DNA from: Phyllobates terribilis
Lineage: Eukaryota
Direction of reading: 5' to 3'
DNA length: 64,000 nt
NCBI RefSeq assembly: GCF_046119375.1
Contig: NW_027362773.1
Location: 162,130,001 to 162,194,000, forward strand
Both the position numbers and the translations under genes were made by a program. Below the pieces are notes generated by a model. It saw only the letters and a program-made list of their open reading frames with translations. It did not search any database and had not been told where the DNA came from. Positions 50,739 to 63,600 of the stretch are shown in pieces; position 1 is the first letter of the stretch; each line of letters begins with the position of its first letter.

Positions 50739-52700
50739 GATCTGACGTCTTGGAGAAGCGTAGGAGGTTTGGTGTCTTCTCTTGTCCTTGCTCTTCTGAA
50801 CCTTCTGCCTCTTGGTTTTTAGCTTTAATTTGTTCATATTGTTGAGTTTTTCCCATTGACATGAATAGGACCCTTCATTTAGTTGCGTGACCTATCACAT
50901 GACTAAATGACGTCATGGCAGGTCCTTTCACACCACCGCAACACATACAACGGACCGGGGGCCATCAGAAGGTAAGTATAATCTTTATTTTTTATTATTT
51001 TTTTTCTTTTTTCTTTTTTTTTTTTTTTTTACGGTTAACTTGGTCACACTATATATGCCGGTTGCCGGTTGCATGGATTTATATAGTGTGACCAAGTTAT
51101 CAAGCACTTTCCAAGTGATGCTAAAATCACTTGGAAAGCGCTTGATAACCCGCATGCAAAAACGCTTGACAAACGCTTCTACCTGGCGGGAAAAACACAT
51201 GTAAAATCCGCATGCGTTTTTCCTGCCAGAGAGAAGCGGAAAAAATCTGCATCATTTCTGCATCGTGGGCACATAGCCTTAGGCAGAGCAGACTACACGT
51301 CCATATGCTGAAAAGAAAACCGGTCAATGCAAACTGACCCAGCATGGGCCAAAAACTAGTCTGTAATGTATGTATGTGGTCTTATGTTTGTATGGACATG
51401 TGCATGTTTACAAAATGATTTGTGAATGGAGCCTTAAGGGGAGGTTGTCTGGCGTCTTAGACATTGATGGCTTATCCTAAGGAAAGGTCATTAGTATCAG
51501 ATCGGTGGGTCCAACCCTCGGCCCTGCAGCGATCCGCAGGCGTAGACTATGTGCGGAGCCCCACACATGGCGTAGAGGCCTATCCCGGTACTACAGCTCG
51601 GCCTCTATTCACAGCAGGACCCAGGGGTCTGATTGATGGGTAGAAAACTAGGTCAATTTGTGAAACCTTTCTGTATGAGTTCAAGGGTTTATTAGAGCCG
51701 ATGACAGTACGACCCCTCGCAGCAGCCAGACGAGGCATGCACCATACCTGCCGACCATGCAGGTCCGCAGGGTCATCACATCATGGTCCAGGATGGCGCT
51801 CGATGACCCCTTTAGACACGGCTTCTATCCCCTGGAATTGGTGGCACTTACAGATCGGCCACCGTCACTGAGCGGGACCCTTGCACTGGAGCGGCGCTGT
51901 TTCTGGAGGATCGCAGCCTTGGTTTACGTGTCTCGTCGCGTCCCTTCTGGATGCACTTGTGCTGCATTTGGGGGACCAGATGCCGTTTCGGTCCAGGGTT
52001 TGAATCTTAATTTCAGGACAGGGATTGAGAATAGCGGCGACCGGCGACGTACGAAGCGCAGAATCGACTTCTCCTTTCTTGAATCCTCTAGTTGAGGCAT
52101 AAAATCAGCTCATGTACAAGCTCCCAAATCCCCCCCCCAGAAAACCCCCAATTATCGCAGCACCTGCAAAACTTGTGTCAGTGGCTCACAATCCGCCACC
52201 CTCTGTCTGTGCCGCCCGCTGATGGAATAGAAGGGCTCGTTAGCAGATTTAATTAACCGCTGGCATCGGGAACGATCGCTCCCGCAGGACGCAGCTCCGT
52301 ATAATCGCTCATATTTGCATAAACATTCACCAGTAATGACATTTATAATTGCCAAACACATGGGAAATAGAAAATGATTTTATTCCCCTCTTATCCCCCG
52401 CCAGGTAGTGTAACGTACGGCACGTTCTGCGTATCTTACACCTGTCCTATGTCAGGACGACCGGCCGCCTCTTACGCTCCTTATAAGACGACTACGGACA
52501 CTGGGAAGGTTGCCCACTCCACTCATGCACTACACGGATCTAGAACATGCCCGCCGACACTCAAGATGAACTGCGAATGACAACTGTATGAATGGAGACA
52601 CAGGCCGATGTCTGATTACTGGTCCTATCAATGGAATCACAAGTGGATTTAAGGAGTAACGCCATAAAAATAGTGGAAATGTGGGTGAAACTGCATTTAA

Positions 52701-52971
52701 AGGAAGACCTGTCACCCAGCTTAAGTGTCCAGTTTTTGCTCTTATTTTCTTCCCGCTACTCCACTGATTATTCCATTTTTTGTTTTTCTAAAATCCGCCA
52801 TACGGTTCCAGAGATCTGGGCCTTTTTATTCAGTGCTGAGCGTTAATGTGTTTACTAAGGAGGCGTGGCTCACAGGCTAATTATGCACAGCAGCCTAAAG
52901 ACACGCCCCCGAGGATCCGGTGAGCTACAGCGCTGAATAAAAAAGGCCCATATCTCTGGAACCGTATGTTG

Positions 52972-53002
<31 letters not shown>

Positions 53003-53084
53003 CAACAACAAATGGAATACTCGGGAACAGCGGGAAGAAAATAAGAGCAAAATTTGATCACTTTTGACCTGGTACCGGGACCTC
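52701..53084. mobile_element. TTAA-flanked palindromic MITE (T2/Kolobok-type)
   Basis: TTAA at 52697-52700 and 53085-53088; internal inverted arms (tacggttccagagat...ggcctttttattcag vs ctgaataaaaaaggcc...atctctggaaccgta). A related copy is in PTPMT1 intron 1 near 4045-4400. Confidence 0.7.
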
Positions 53085-53810
53085 TTAAAAGATATTCCGG
53101 ACTTAAAATGCTATGACATATGTCCAAAAAATAATTTTATTATTAGTAGGGAACGTGGACAGCCCATAACCATTTCTCCTGCACCCAAAGTGAAGGTGTG
53201 GCAACCCTTTCATTCTGAGGGATTTTGTAGGTCCCACCAAATAACCTCTATATCTCATGTGCCAAGTGACCTTTAAGGTGGCCATGATTAGTAAGATGTA
53301 AAAAAATACCCTATGTTCATCTGACACTGCAGGATACAGTGTTTCACCAATCGTCTCGATCAACACTTTCCTCCTATATTATACGAGAGGAGGTACTTTG
53401 TGTTTGCTAGAAGTGCATAATGTGAGCAAGAGGAGTCCTAAATGGGTAAAAGTTCTCACTGGCCTATTATATTGGCATTTTTTTTTTCAGGTCCAGTTTC
53501 ATTCACGTCCATTCTCTGAAACTAGCTGATATATTTTACATCTGGGCATGGTATCACTTGTATTTGATGCTGTAAAATTGCATACAATCTAATGGTCAGT
53601 GTTCAAGAAATTCTGGGTGCCATATGAATTAGGAGGCGCTATCTATGACACAATGACCAATGTTACAAACATGAGTGAAATCAGGGTGAAGATATCACAA
53701 ACACGTCCCTAATGTCTCTATGGCACCATATGTGCTTAGACCACCTATATAATCCAGCTTTATATACTAGTCATAGTCTGGCATTGTTACCGTACCCATT
53801 ACGGTACCCT

Positions 53811-54914
53811 TCAAATCTTTGTAATAACTTCTGGTTTGGAGTTTGTTTCCATATGTTGCTTGTATGGTATCTCTGGATAAACCAGAAAGCCTGTGAAAGT
53901 AATGTATTTTCCATGATTACTGTAGACCCCGTAGCCTTCATGTCCATGGCTATATAGCCATACTGTGTCTCCCGGTTGTAGTGACAGCATCATACTTTGA
54001 CTCTGCATTTCACGTTTTTTTGAGTGGCTGTCATCGTAAATCATTGCCTGGACCTCGTTCTCGTTCTTCATCAGCTTGACAGACATAGTTTTAAAAGGCA
54101 TTTTCCCTATAGTAAAGGAAAAATAATACGCTCCAGGCATCCGGCAGTGAAACTCGCCAGATGAAAGGTTGAAGTCTTTCCCTATGTTAACAAACTCCGT
54201 GTCAAAAGTGATTGGCTGATGTTGGATCTTCTTGTCCTCGGACCCAACAAGACTTTCAGTTCGGGCCACGGAGAAAGCAGACCGAGGGTCCGTGTTGATG
54301 GGTTGGTAGTCACTTACTATGTACTTTTTGTAGACCTCATTCTGTTCTGAGGACCCTTCTGTAGTCATGATGGAGTTTTGAGAGCTTTGAAGTTTATAGG
54401 ATTCACTGCCGGTCTGGAAATAATAGGATGTATCGGGGTAGATCAAGTAACCATTGAAGGTGGTATAAGGTCCCACGTTGCTGTACAGGGCGTATTTTGG
54501 GTCTCCATGAAGGCGAAGCCAAACAGTGTCGCCGTAGTCCAGCTGCAACATGGCGCTCTGACTGGCTACCTTTCTCTCTTTGTGGTGATGCTCATCGTAG
54601 ATAATAACCTGAACTTCATTCTTGTTTTTCATCAGCATGACTGACAGGTTCTTCTTGGGAAACTTTCCAATTGTGAAGGAAAAATAATAAGCTCCAGGGA
54701 TGCGACATCTGAAAATCCCGGCCTTGGGGTCAAAGTCACCTCCGATATTGACATAGACTTTGTCAAAAGTGATGACCATTTCGGGCCCCCCTTCCATACT
54801 GGTTGTTCGGGCAACAGAAAAGGCTGAGCGATAATCTGTACCAAGGACCACCGGAGGAAGGAGAAGGAGATGAACCCATGCTCCAACAAGGGCCAGAATA
54901 CTGGAAGCAGACAT
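53811..54914 (-). CDS. C1QTNF4: C1q/TNF-related protein 4 (signal peptide plus two tandem C1q domains, no collagen stalk)
   Basis: 367-aa ORF; RSAFSVAR...[12 protein letters not shown]...[11 protein letters not shown]...[18 protein letters not shown], repeated in a second domain; acceptor tttcttcag 5 nt upstream of the ATG (exon starts 54919). Confidence 0.96.
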   Translation of the reverse strand: MSASSILALVGAWVHLLLLPPVVLGTDYRSAFSVARTTSMEGGPEMVITFDKVYVNIGGDFDPKAGIFRCRIPGAYYFSFTIGKFPKKNLSVMLMKNKNEVQVIIYDEHHHKERKVASQSAMLQLDYGDTVWLRLHGDPKYALYSNVGPYTTFNGYLIYPDTSYYFQTGSESYKLQSSQNSIMTTEGSSEQNEVYKKYIVSDYQPINTDPRSAFSVARTESLVGSEDKKIQHQPITFDTEFVNIGKDFNLSSGEFHCRMPGAYYFSFTIGKMPFKTMSVKLMKNENEVQAMIYDDSHSKKREMQSQSMMLSLQPGDTVWLYSHGHEGYGVYSNHGKYITFTGFLVYPEIPYKQHMETNSKPEVITKI

Positions 54915-55039
54915 CTTGCCTGAAGAAAGATAAAAAACATGACATTATTCTCCAACCCCAAAACAGATGAAAACATCAAGAAATCCCTGATGGTTCCTTG
55001 ATTATAGATAATTATACATAGAGTACTTATTAAAAGGTA

Positions 55040-55525
55040 ATCCCTTAACTGCCCTAGACCACCAGGAAAGTCGTAAACTCACTGCCCCAAACCACCATGG
55101 ATGTTATAAACTCACTTTTCTAGACCACCAGGGATGTTATAAGCTCACTGCCCCCAGACCACCTATATAATCCAGATTTATATACTACTCATAGTCTGGC
55201 ATTGTTACCGTACCCATTATGGTACCCTTCAAATCTTTGTAATAACTTCTGGTTTGGAGTTTGTTTCCATATATTGCTTGTATGGTATCTCTGGATAAAC
55301 CAGAAAGCCTGTGAAAGTAATGTATTTTCCATGATTACTGTAGACCCCGTAGCCTTCATGTCCATGTCCATGGCCATACTGTGGCTCCAGGTTGTAGTGA
55401 CCACCAGGGATGTTATAAACTCATTCACTGCTCTAGACCACCAGGGATGTTATAATCTCACTTCCCCTGACCACCAGAGATGTTATAAACTCATTCACTG
55501 CCCTAGGCCACCAGGGATGTTACCC
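55040..55525. repeat. ~33-37-bp minisatellite (agaccaccagggatgttataaactcactgcccYt) interrupted by a gene fragment
   Basis: About four units on each side of the 55156-55401 insertion. Confidence 0.8.
55156..55401 (-). pseudogene. 246-bp duplicated fragment of the C1QTNF4 3' CDS, stop codon and 3'UTR
   Basis: Near-identical to 53738-53985 (about six substitutions plus a small rearrangement with net -2 nt that frameshifts it). Confidence 0.93.
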
Positions 55526-57171
55526 TCATTGTTTTCATAAATTCTAACAATTTACTATCATTTCTTTTGAGATGTAAGTTGCTGCTTTGTCCTCCGTGTT
55601 TTAGAGTCTATTCATTTAAGTGGCTCCTTCTTTCCCAGCTCCAGATTTTGTAATTTTCTTCCTAACTGATTAATTTGTGTTGAGATTATGAAAGTGTTCG
55701 CAGTATCTGGAGTCATCTGATCAAAGGCATCAGATCACACATGCGATGCTGCTGGTGGCAGCGAGCCTGGGGGAAGGTGAACAGTGTCACCAAAGCAACA
55801 AGAAGAATGGGGGACCCTCCAGCTATTTGAGAGATGCCGGGAAAATATATTCGGGACTGCGGGGAGAACAGTCCGGCAGTCATCTCTCAGCCGGGATCCT
55901 CTTACACATCCTGACAATGAAGGAGAATCACGTCTATTGAGGGATCGGAGCCGACATCTCAGCTCGGATCATGATCAGAGGACGGGAAAGTTCATTAGAC
56001 GAGAAGTTTGGAAACAAATGAGACAGAATGTTCCGCGTGAGAGGATGACGAGGCTCCTTGGTCCTGACGCAGAACATATACAGGGGCCCGGCAATGCTCA
56101 ACAAGGGGAAGGAGTCTGAGCAAGTTACAAAGTGACTGCCGTTTTAATTATTTTTTTTCCCTCCATAAATCAATAGCTCACGTAAAAATAAGAAACTTTC
56201 TAATATATCTTTAGAAGAAAAATCTGCTTCTTTATCCTCCTGGACTGAACTTCCATTCTCAAACTTCTCAGTTCACTGGTAAAATCTATCTTCGTCATTC
56301 CGCCTTTCCTCCACTAGGGGGAGCGCAATAAAAAATGGATTTATTACAGAGTTCAGTAGGAGCTGTGTACATTCCTATGCAGTGAGCTCCCCCTAGTGGA
56401 AGCCGCAAACATTCAAAAGTTTATTATTTATTCAATGGTTGCGCACAGGGAAACTTGGGAATTGGCGTTTAGCATACAAAAAAACCCTAAATTCTGCTTC
56501 TTATAGATTGTACCTATAATTTAAATTTGCATGTTCTTACATACCAGAGAGCACTTCTACAAATCCTTTTACTACCCTAAATCACCAGGAATATTAGGTC
56601 TAAACCACGGCACTACCACAGGCTTCCAGGGACATTATATATTAACCCCTATGCTACTGTGAATTGGTACCATTAACCCCTTCATCACTGCAGACCACCA
56701 CAGATCCTGGGTATTTCCCGAGCTCTGGAGTGAATAGGGCTCAATTTTGAACACTCGGGAGATATTTTATACTTCCTTCAATGGGCACAAATATGTGAAT
56801 TTCATCATTTACACGGGTTCCAATAATTCTAGGAATAATTAAGTTAATATAGAAAGTTCTACAGCCTGAATATATATGAGGGTTGTAAATACAATCTTGG
56901 TGCTTATGGGTCATCATCATGATTCCTCTTCATCTATAACTATTAAAAAAAAAAAAAAAAAGAATATATTTGCATTGACAAATAAGAAGCAGAGATCTTA
57001 AAGGGAGTCTGTCCCCCCCCCCCCAAAAATGCCGATTAGACTGAATGTACAGTCACATAAGGGACGTAAAACTCCTGCCTGCACTGTAGATTTTATTAAT
57101 TGCTGTCCAGAAAAAAAATGATTTAATATGTAAATCCGGGCTCATTGCTGCACTTTTGGCTTGGCCAAGAG

Positions 57172-57280
57172 CTCCGTGCACCGTTCTGCCCCCCTCAATT
57201 AACATGGGGTGCACCGTTCTGCCCCCCTCAATTAACATGGGGTGCACCGTTCTGCCCCCCTCAATTAACATGGGGTGCAC
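57172..57280. repeat. 33-bp repeat, 3 copies
   Basis: gcaccgttctgcccccctcaattaacatggggt. Confidence 0.85.
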
Positions 57281-57514
57281 TGCCACTTAGCTTGATTGAC
57301 AGCACTCGCCCGGAAGGCCCATGCTCGTGCACTGACACTCTCTGAGCACAATGGCGCACATGCCGTGTTCACACATGCACGTTCTTCTTCCTCATTCCAG
57401 ACTGTAGCAGCCGCTTGTTACAATAATAACATTTGACTTATCAGCAGATAAAATAGCAAAACTCACTAGATACAGGTTTGTACATGTTAATAGTGGCTGT
57501 ATAATCCGACACTT

Positions 57515-57699
57515 AGGCCACGGCCCCACTATCAGTATTCGGTCAGTATTTTTTCTCAGGAGTGGGAGCCAAAACCAGGAGTGGGGGATAAATGCAAAAT
57601 TGGTGACTTGTTTCTTTTCTCTGATTGTTCCTCACCTGGTTTTGGCTCCCACTCCTGAGAAAAAATACTGACCGAATACTGATAGTGGGGCCGTGGCCT
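57515..57699. mobile_element. Young PIF/Harbinger-like MITE with perfect 65-bp inverted arms
   Basis: 57515-57579 is the exact reverse complement of 57635-57699; flanks TTA...TCA; a half copy sits at 20315-20352. Confidence 0.85.
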
Positions 57700-60600
57700 C
57701 AGGAGCACTCACTCTAGTGGTGGCTGTATAATCTGATGTGTAGTGAGCTCCCTCTAGTGGGGACTGTATAAATCTGTATGTAGTGAGCTCCCTCTAGTGG
57801 TGACTGTATAAATCTGTATGTAGTGAGCTCCCTCTAGTGGTGACTGTATAAATCTGTATGTAGTGAGCTCCTTCTAGTGGTGACTGTATAAGGCTGTATG
57901 TAGGGATCTCCCCCTAGTGGTGACTGTATAAATCTGTATGTAGTGAGCTCCCTCTAGTGGTGACTGTATAAATCTGTATATAGTGAGCTCCCTCTAGTGG
58001 TGGCTCTATAAATCTGTATGTAGTGAGCTCCCTCTAGTGGTGACTGTATAAATCTGTAGGTAGTGAGCTCCCTCTAGTGGTGACTGTATAAATCTGTATA
58101 TAGTGAGCTCCCTCTAGTGGTGGCTCTATAAATCTGTATGTAGTGAGCTGCCTCTAGTGGTGACTGTATAAATCTGTATGTAATGAGCTCCCTCTAGTGG
58201 TGGCTGTATAAATCTGTATGTAGTGAGCTCCCTCTAGTGGTGACTGTATAAATCTGTATGTAGTGAGCTCCCCCTAGTGGTGACTCTATAAATCTGTATG
58301 TAGTGAGCTCCCTCTAGTGGTGGCTGTATAAATCTGTATGTAGTGAGCTCCCTCTAGTGGTGGCTGTATAAATCTGTATGTAGTGAGCTCCCTCTAGTGG
58401 TGACTGTATAAATCTGTATATAGTGAGCTCCCTCTAGTGGTGGCTGTATAAATCTGTATGTAGTGAGCTCCCTCTAGTGGTGACTGTATAAATCTGTATG
58501 TAATGAGCTCCCTCTAGTGGTGGCTGTATAAATCTGTATGTAGTGAGCTCCCTCTAGTGGTGACTGTATAAATCTGTATGTAGTGAGCTCCCCCTAGTGG
58601 TGACTCTATAAATCTGTATGTAGTGAGCTCCCTCTAGTGGTGGCTGTATAAATCTGTATGTAGTGAGCTCCCTCTAGTGGTGACTGTATAAATCTGTATG
58701 TAGTGAGCTCCCCCTAGTGGTGGCTGTATAAATCTGTATGTAGTGAGCTCCCTCTAGTGGTGACTGTATAAATCTGTATGTAGTGAGCTCCCTCTAGTGG
58801 TGGCTGCATAAATCTGTATGCAGTGAGCTCCCCTAGTGGTGGTGTATAAATCTGTATGTCTTGAGCTCCCTCTAGTGGTGGCTGTATAAATCTGTATGCA
58901 GTGAGCTCCCCCTAGTGGTGACTGTATAAATCTGTATATAGTGAGCTCCCTCTAGTGGTGGCTGTATAAATCTGTATGTAGTGAGCTCCCTCTAGTGGTG
59001 ACTGTATAAATCTGTATGCAGTGAGCTCCCCTAGTGGTGGCTGTATAAATCTGTATATAGTGAGCTCCCCCTAGTGGTGGCTGTATAAATCTGTATGTAG
59101 TGAGCTCCCTCTAGTGGTGGCTGTATAAATCTGTATGTACTGAGCTCCCTCTAGTGGTGGCTGTATAAATCTGTATGTAGTGAGCTCCCTCTAGTGGTGG
59201 CTGTATAAATCTGTATGTAGTGAGCTCCCTCTAGTGATGGCTGTATAAATCTGTATGTAGTGAGCTCCCCCTAGTGGTGGCTGTATAAATCTGTATGTAG
59301 TGAGCTCCCCCTAGTGGTGGCTCTATAAATCTGTATGTAGTGAGCTCCCTCTAGTGATGGCTGTATAAATCTGTATGTAGTGAGCTCCCTCTAGTGGTGA
59401 CTGTATAAATCTGTATGTAGTGAGCTCCCCCTAGTGGTGGCTGTATAAATCTGTATGTAGTGAGCTCCCCCTAGTGGTGGCTGTATAAATCTGTATGTAG
59501 TGAGCTCCTCCTAGTGGTGGCTGTATAAATCTGTATGTAGTGAGCTCCCTCTAGTGGTGACTGTATAAATCTGTATGTAGTGAGCTCCCTCTAGTGGTGG
59601 CTGTATAAATCTGTATGTAGTGAGCTCCCCCTAGTGGTTGCTGTATAAATCTGCATCTAGTGAGCTCCCCCTAGTGGTGGCTGTATAAATCTGTATGTAG
59701 TGAGCTCCTCCTAGTGGTGGCTGTATAAATCTGCATCTAGTGAGCTCCCCCTAGTGGTGGCTGTATAAATCTGTATGTAGTGAGCTCCTCCTAGTGGTGG
59801 CTGTATAAATCTGTATGTAGTGAGCTCCCTCTAGTGGTGACTGTATAAATCTGTATGTAGTGAGCTCTCCCTAGTGGTGGCTGTATAAATCTGTATGTAG
59901 TGAGCTCCCCTAGTGGTGGCTGTATAAATCTGTATGTAGTGAGCTCCCTCTAGTGGTGGCTGTATAAATCTGTATGTAGTGAGCTCCCCCTAGTGGTGGC
60001 TGTATAAATCTGTATGTAGTGAGCTCCCCCTAGTGGTGACTGTATAAATCTGTATGTAGTGAGCTTCCTCTAGTGGTGGCTGTATAAATCTGTATGTAGT
60101 GAGCTCCCCCTAGTGGTGGCTGTATAAATCTGTATGTAGTGAGCTCCCCTAGTGGTGGCTGTATAAATCTGTATGTAGTGAGCTCCCTCTAGTGCTGGCT
60201 GTATAAATCTGTATGTAGTGAGCTCCCCCTAGTGGTGGCTGTATAAATCTGTATGTAGTGAGCTCCTCCTAGTGGTGGCTGTATAAATCTGTATGTAGTG
60301 AGCTCCCTCTAGTGGTGGCTGTATAAATCTGTATGTAGTGAGCTCCCCCTAGTGGTGGCTGTATAAATCTGTATGTAGTGAGCTCCCTCTAGTGGTGGCT
60401 GTATAAATCTGTATGTAGTGAGTTCCCCCTAGTGGTGGCTGTATAAATCTGTATGTAGTGAGCTCCCTCTAGTGGTGGCTGTATAAATCTGTATGTAGTG
60501 AGCTCCCTCTAGTGGTGGCTGTATAAATCTGTATGTAGTGAACTCCCCCTAATGGTGGCTGTATAAATCTGTATATAGTGAGCTCCCCCTAGTGGTGGCT

Positions 60601-63600
60601 GTATAAATCTGTATGTAGTGAGCTCCTCCTAGTGGTGGCTGTATAAATCTGTATGTAGTGAGCTCCCTCTAGTGGTGGCTGTATAAATCTGTATGTAGTG
60701 AGCTCCCTCTAGTGGTGGCTGTATAAATCTGTATGTAGTGAGCTCCCTCTAGTGGTGGCTGTATAAGTCTGTATGTAGTGAGCTCCTTCTAGTGGTGACT
60801 GTATAAATCTGTATGTAGTGAGCTCCCCCTAGTGGTGGCTCTATAAATCTGTATGTAGTGAGCTCCTCCTAGTGGTGGCTGTATAAATCTGTATGCAGTG
60901 AGCCCCCTCTAGTGGTGGCTGTATAAATCTGTATGTAGTGAGCTCCCCCTAGTGGTGGCTGTATAAATCTGCATGTAGGGAGCTCCCCCTAGTGGTGACT
61001 GTATAAATCTGTATGTAGGGATCTCCCCCTAGTGGTGACTGTTTAAATCTGTATGTAGGGATCTCCCCCTAGTGGTGACTGTTTAAATCTGTATATAGTG
61101 AGCTCCCTCTAGTGGTGACTGTATAAATCTGTATGTAGTGAGCTCCCTCTAGTGGGGGCTGTATAAATCTGTATGTAGTGAGCTCCCTCTAGTGGTGACT
61201 GTATAAATCTGTATGTAGTGAGCTCCCTCTAGTGGTGACTGTATAAATCTGTATGTAGTGAGCTCCCCCTAGTGGTGGCTGTATAAATCTGTATGTAGCG
61301 AGCTCCCTCTAGTGGTGGCTGTATAAATCTGTATGTAGTGAGCTCCCTCCAGTGGTGGCTGTATAAATCTGTATGTAGTGAGCTCCCCCTAGTGGTGGCT
61401 GTATAAATCTGTATGTACTGAGCTCCCTCTAGTGGTGACTGTATAAATCTGTATGTAGTGAGCTCCCCCTAGTGGTGACTGTATAAATCTGTATGTAGTG
61501 AGCTCCCTCTAGTGGTGACTGTATAAATCTGTATGTAGGGAGCTCCCCCTAGTAGTGACTGTATAAATCTCTATGTAGTGAGCTCCCCCTAGTGTTGGCT
61601 GTATAAATCTCTATGTAGTGAACTCCCCCTAGTGTTGGCTGTATAAATCTGTATGTAGTGAGCTCCCCCTAGTGGTGGCTGTATAAATCTGTATGTAGTG
61701 AGCTCCTTCTAGTGGTGGATGTATAAATCTGTTTGTAGTGAGCTCCCCCTAGTGGTGGCTGTATAAATCTATAGCCAATGAGCTCCCTCTAGTGGTGGCT
61801 GTATAAATCTGTATCTAGTGAGCTCCCCTAGTGGTGGCTGTATAAATCTCTATGTAGTGAGCTCCCCTAGTGGTGGCGGTATAAATCTGCATGTAGTGAG
61901 CTCCTTCTAGTGGACGCTGTATAAATCTGTATGTAGTGAGCTCCCCCTAGTGGTGACTGTATAAATCTGCATGTAGTGAGCTCCCTCTAGTGGTGACTGT
62001 ATAAATCTGTATGTAGTGAGCTCCTCCTAGTGGTGGCTGTATAAATCTGTATGTAGTGAGCTCCTCCTAGTGGTGGCTGTATAAATCTGTATGTAAGTGA
62101 GCTCCCTCTAGTGGTGGCTGTATAAATCTGTATGTAGTGAGCTCCCTCTAGTGGTGGCTGTATAAATCTGTATGTAGTGAGCTCCCTCTAGTGGTGGCTG
62201 TATAAATCTGTATGTAGTGAGCTCCCCCTAGTGGTGGCTGTATAAATCTGTATGTAGTGAGCTCCCTCTAGTGGTGACTGTATAAATCTGTATGTAGTGA
62301 GCTCCCTCTAGTGGTGACTGTATAAATCTGTATGTAGTGAGCTCCCCCTAGTTGTGGCTGTATAAATCTGTATGCAGTGAGTTCCCCCTAGTGGTGACTG
62401 TATAAATCTGTATGTAGTGAGCTCCTTCTAGTGGTGAGTGTATAAATTTGTATGTAGTGAGCTCCCTCTAGTGGTGGCTGTATAAATTTGTATGTAGTGA
62501 GCTCCTTCTAGTGGTGACTGTATAAATCTGTATGTAGTGAGCTCCCTCTAGTGGTGGCTGTATAAATCTGTATGTAGTGAGCTCCCCCTAGTTGTGGCTG
62601 TATAAATCTGTATGTAGTGAGCTCCCTCTAGTGGTGGCTGTATAAATCTGTATGTAGTGAGCTCCCCCTAGTTGTGGCTGTATAAATCTGTATGTAATGA
62701 GCTCCCCCTAGTTGTGGCTGTATAAATCTGTATGCAGTGAGTTCCCCCTAGTGGTGACTGTATAAATCTGTATGTAGTGAGCTCCCTCTAGTGGTGGCTG
62801 TATAAATCTGTATGTAGTGAGCTCCCCCTAGTGGTGGCTGTATAAATCTGTATGTAATGAGCTCCCCCTAGTGGTGGCTGTATAAATCTGTATGTAGTGA
62901 GCTCCCCCTAGTTGTGGCTGTATAAATCTGTATGCAGTGAGTTCCCCCTAGTGGTGACTGTATAAATCTGTATGTAGTGAGCTCCCTCTAGTGGTGACTG
63001 TATAAATCTGTATGTAGTGAGCTCCCTCTAGTGGTGACTGTATAAATCTGTATGTAGTGAGCTTCCTCTAGTGGTGACTGTATAAATCTGTATGTAGTGA
63101 GCTCCCCCTAGTTGTGGCTGTATAAATCTGTATGCAGTGAGTTCCCCCTAGTGGTGACTGTATAAATCTGTATGTAGTGAGCTCCCTCTAGTGGTGACTG
63201 TATAAATCTGTATGCAGTGAGTTCCCCCTAGTGGTGACTGTATAAATCTGTATGTAGGGATCTCCCCCTAGTGGTGACTGTTTAAATCTGTATGTAGGGA
63301 TCTCCCCCTAGTGGTGACTGTTTAAATCTGTATATAGTGAGCTCCCTCTAGTGGTGACTGTATAAATCTGTATGTAGTGAGCTCCCTCTAGTGGGGGCTG
63401 TATAAATCTGTATGTAGTGAGCTTCCTCTAGTGGTGACTGTATAAATCTGTATGTAGTGAGCTCCCTCTAGTGGTGACTGTATAAATCTGTATGTAGTGA
63501 GCTCCCCCTAGTGGTGGCTGTATAAATCTGTATGTAGCGAGCTCCCTCTAGTGGTGGCTGTATAAATCTGTATGTAGTGAGCTCCCTCCAGTGGTGGCTG

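Noticed and set aside
51757-52095. 112-aa ORF as FAM180B
   Set aside because: No signal peptide and no FAM180-like motif.
55189-55540. ORFs of 79 and 112 aa near C1QTNF4
   Set aside because: Off-frame readings of the duplicated, frameshifted C1QTNF4 fragment.
55906-56120. Possible non-coding upstream exon of C1QTNF4 (donor TGT|GTAAGA)
   Set aside because: A single donor-like motif with no independent support; it needs transcript data.
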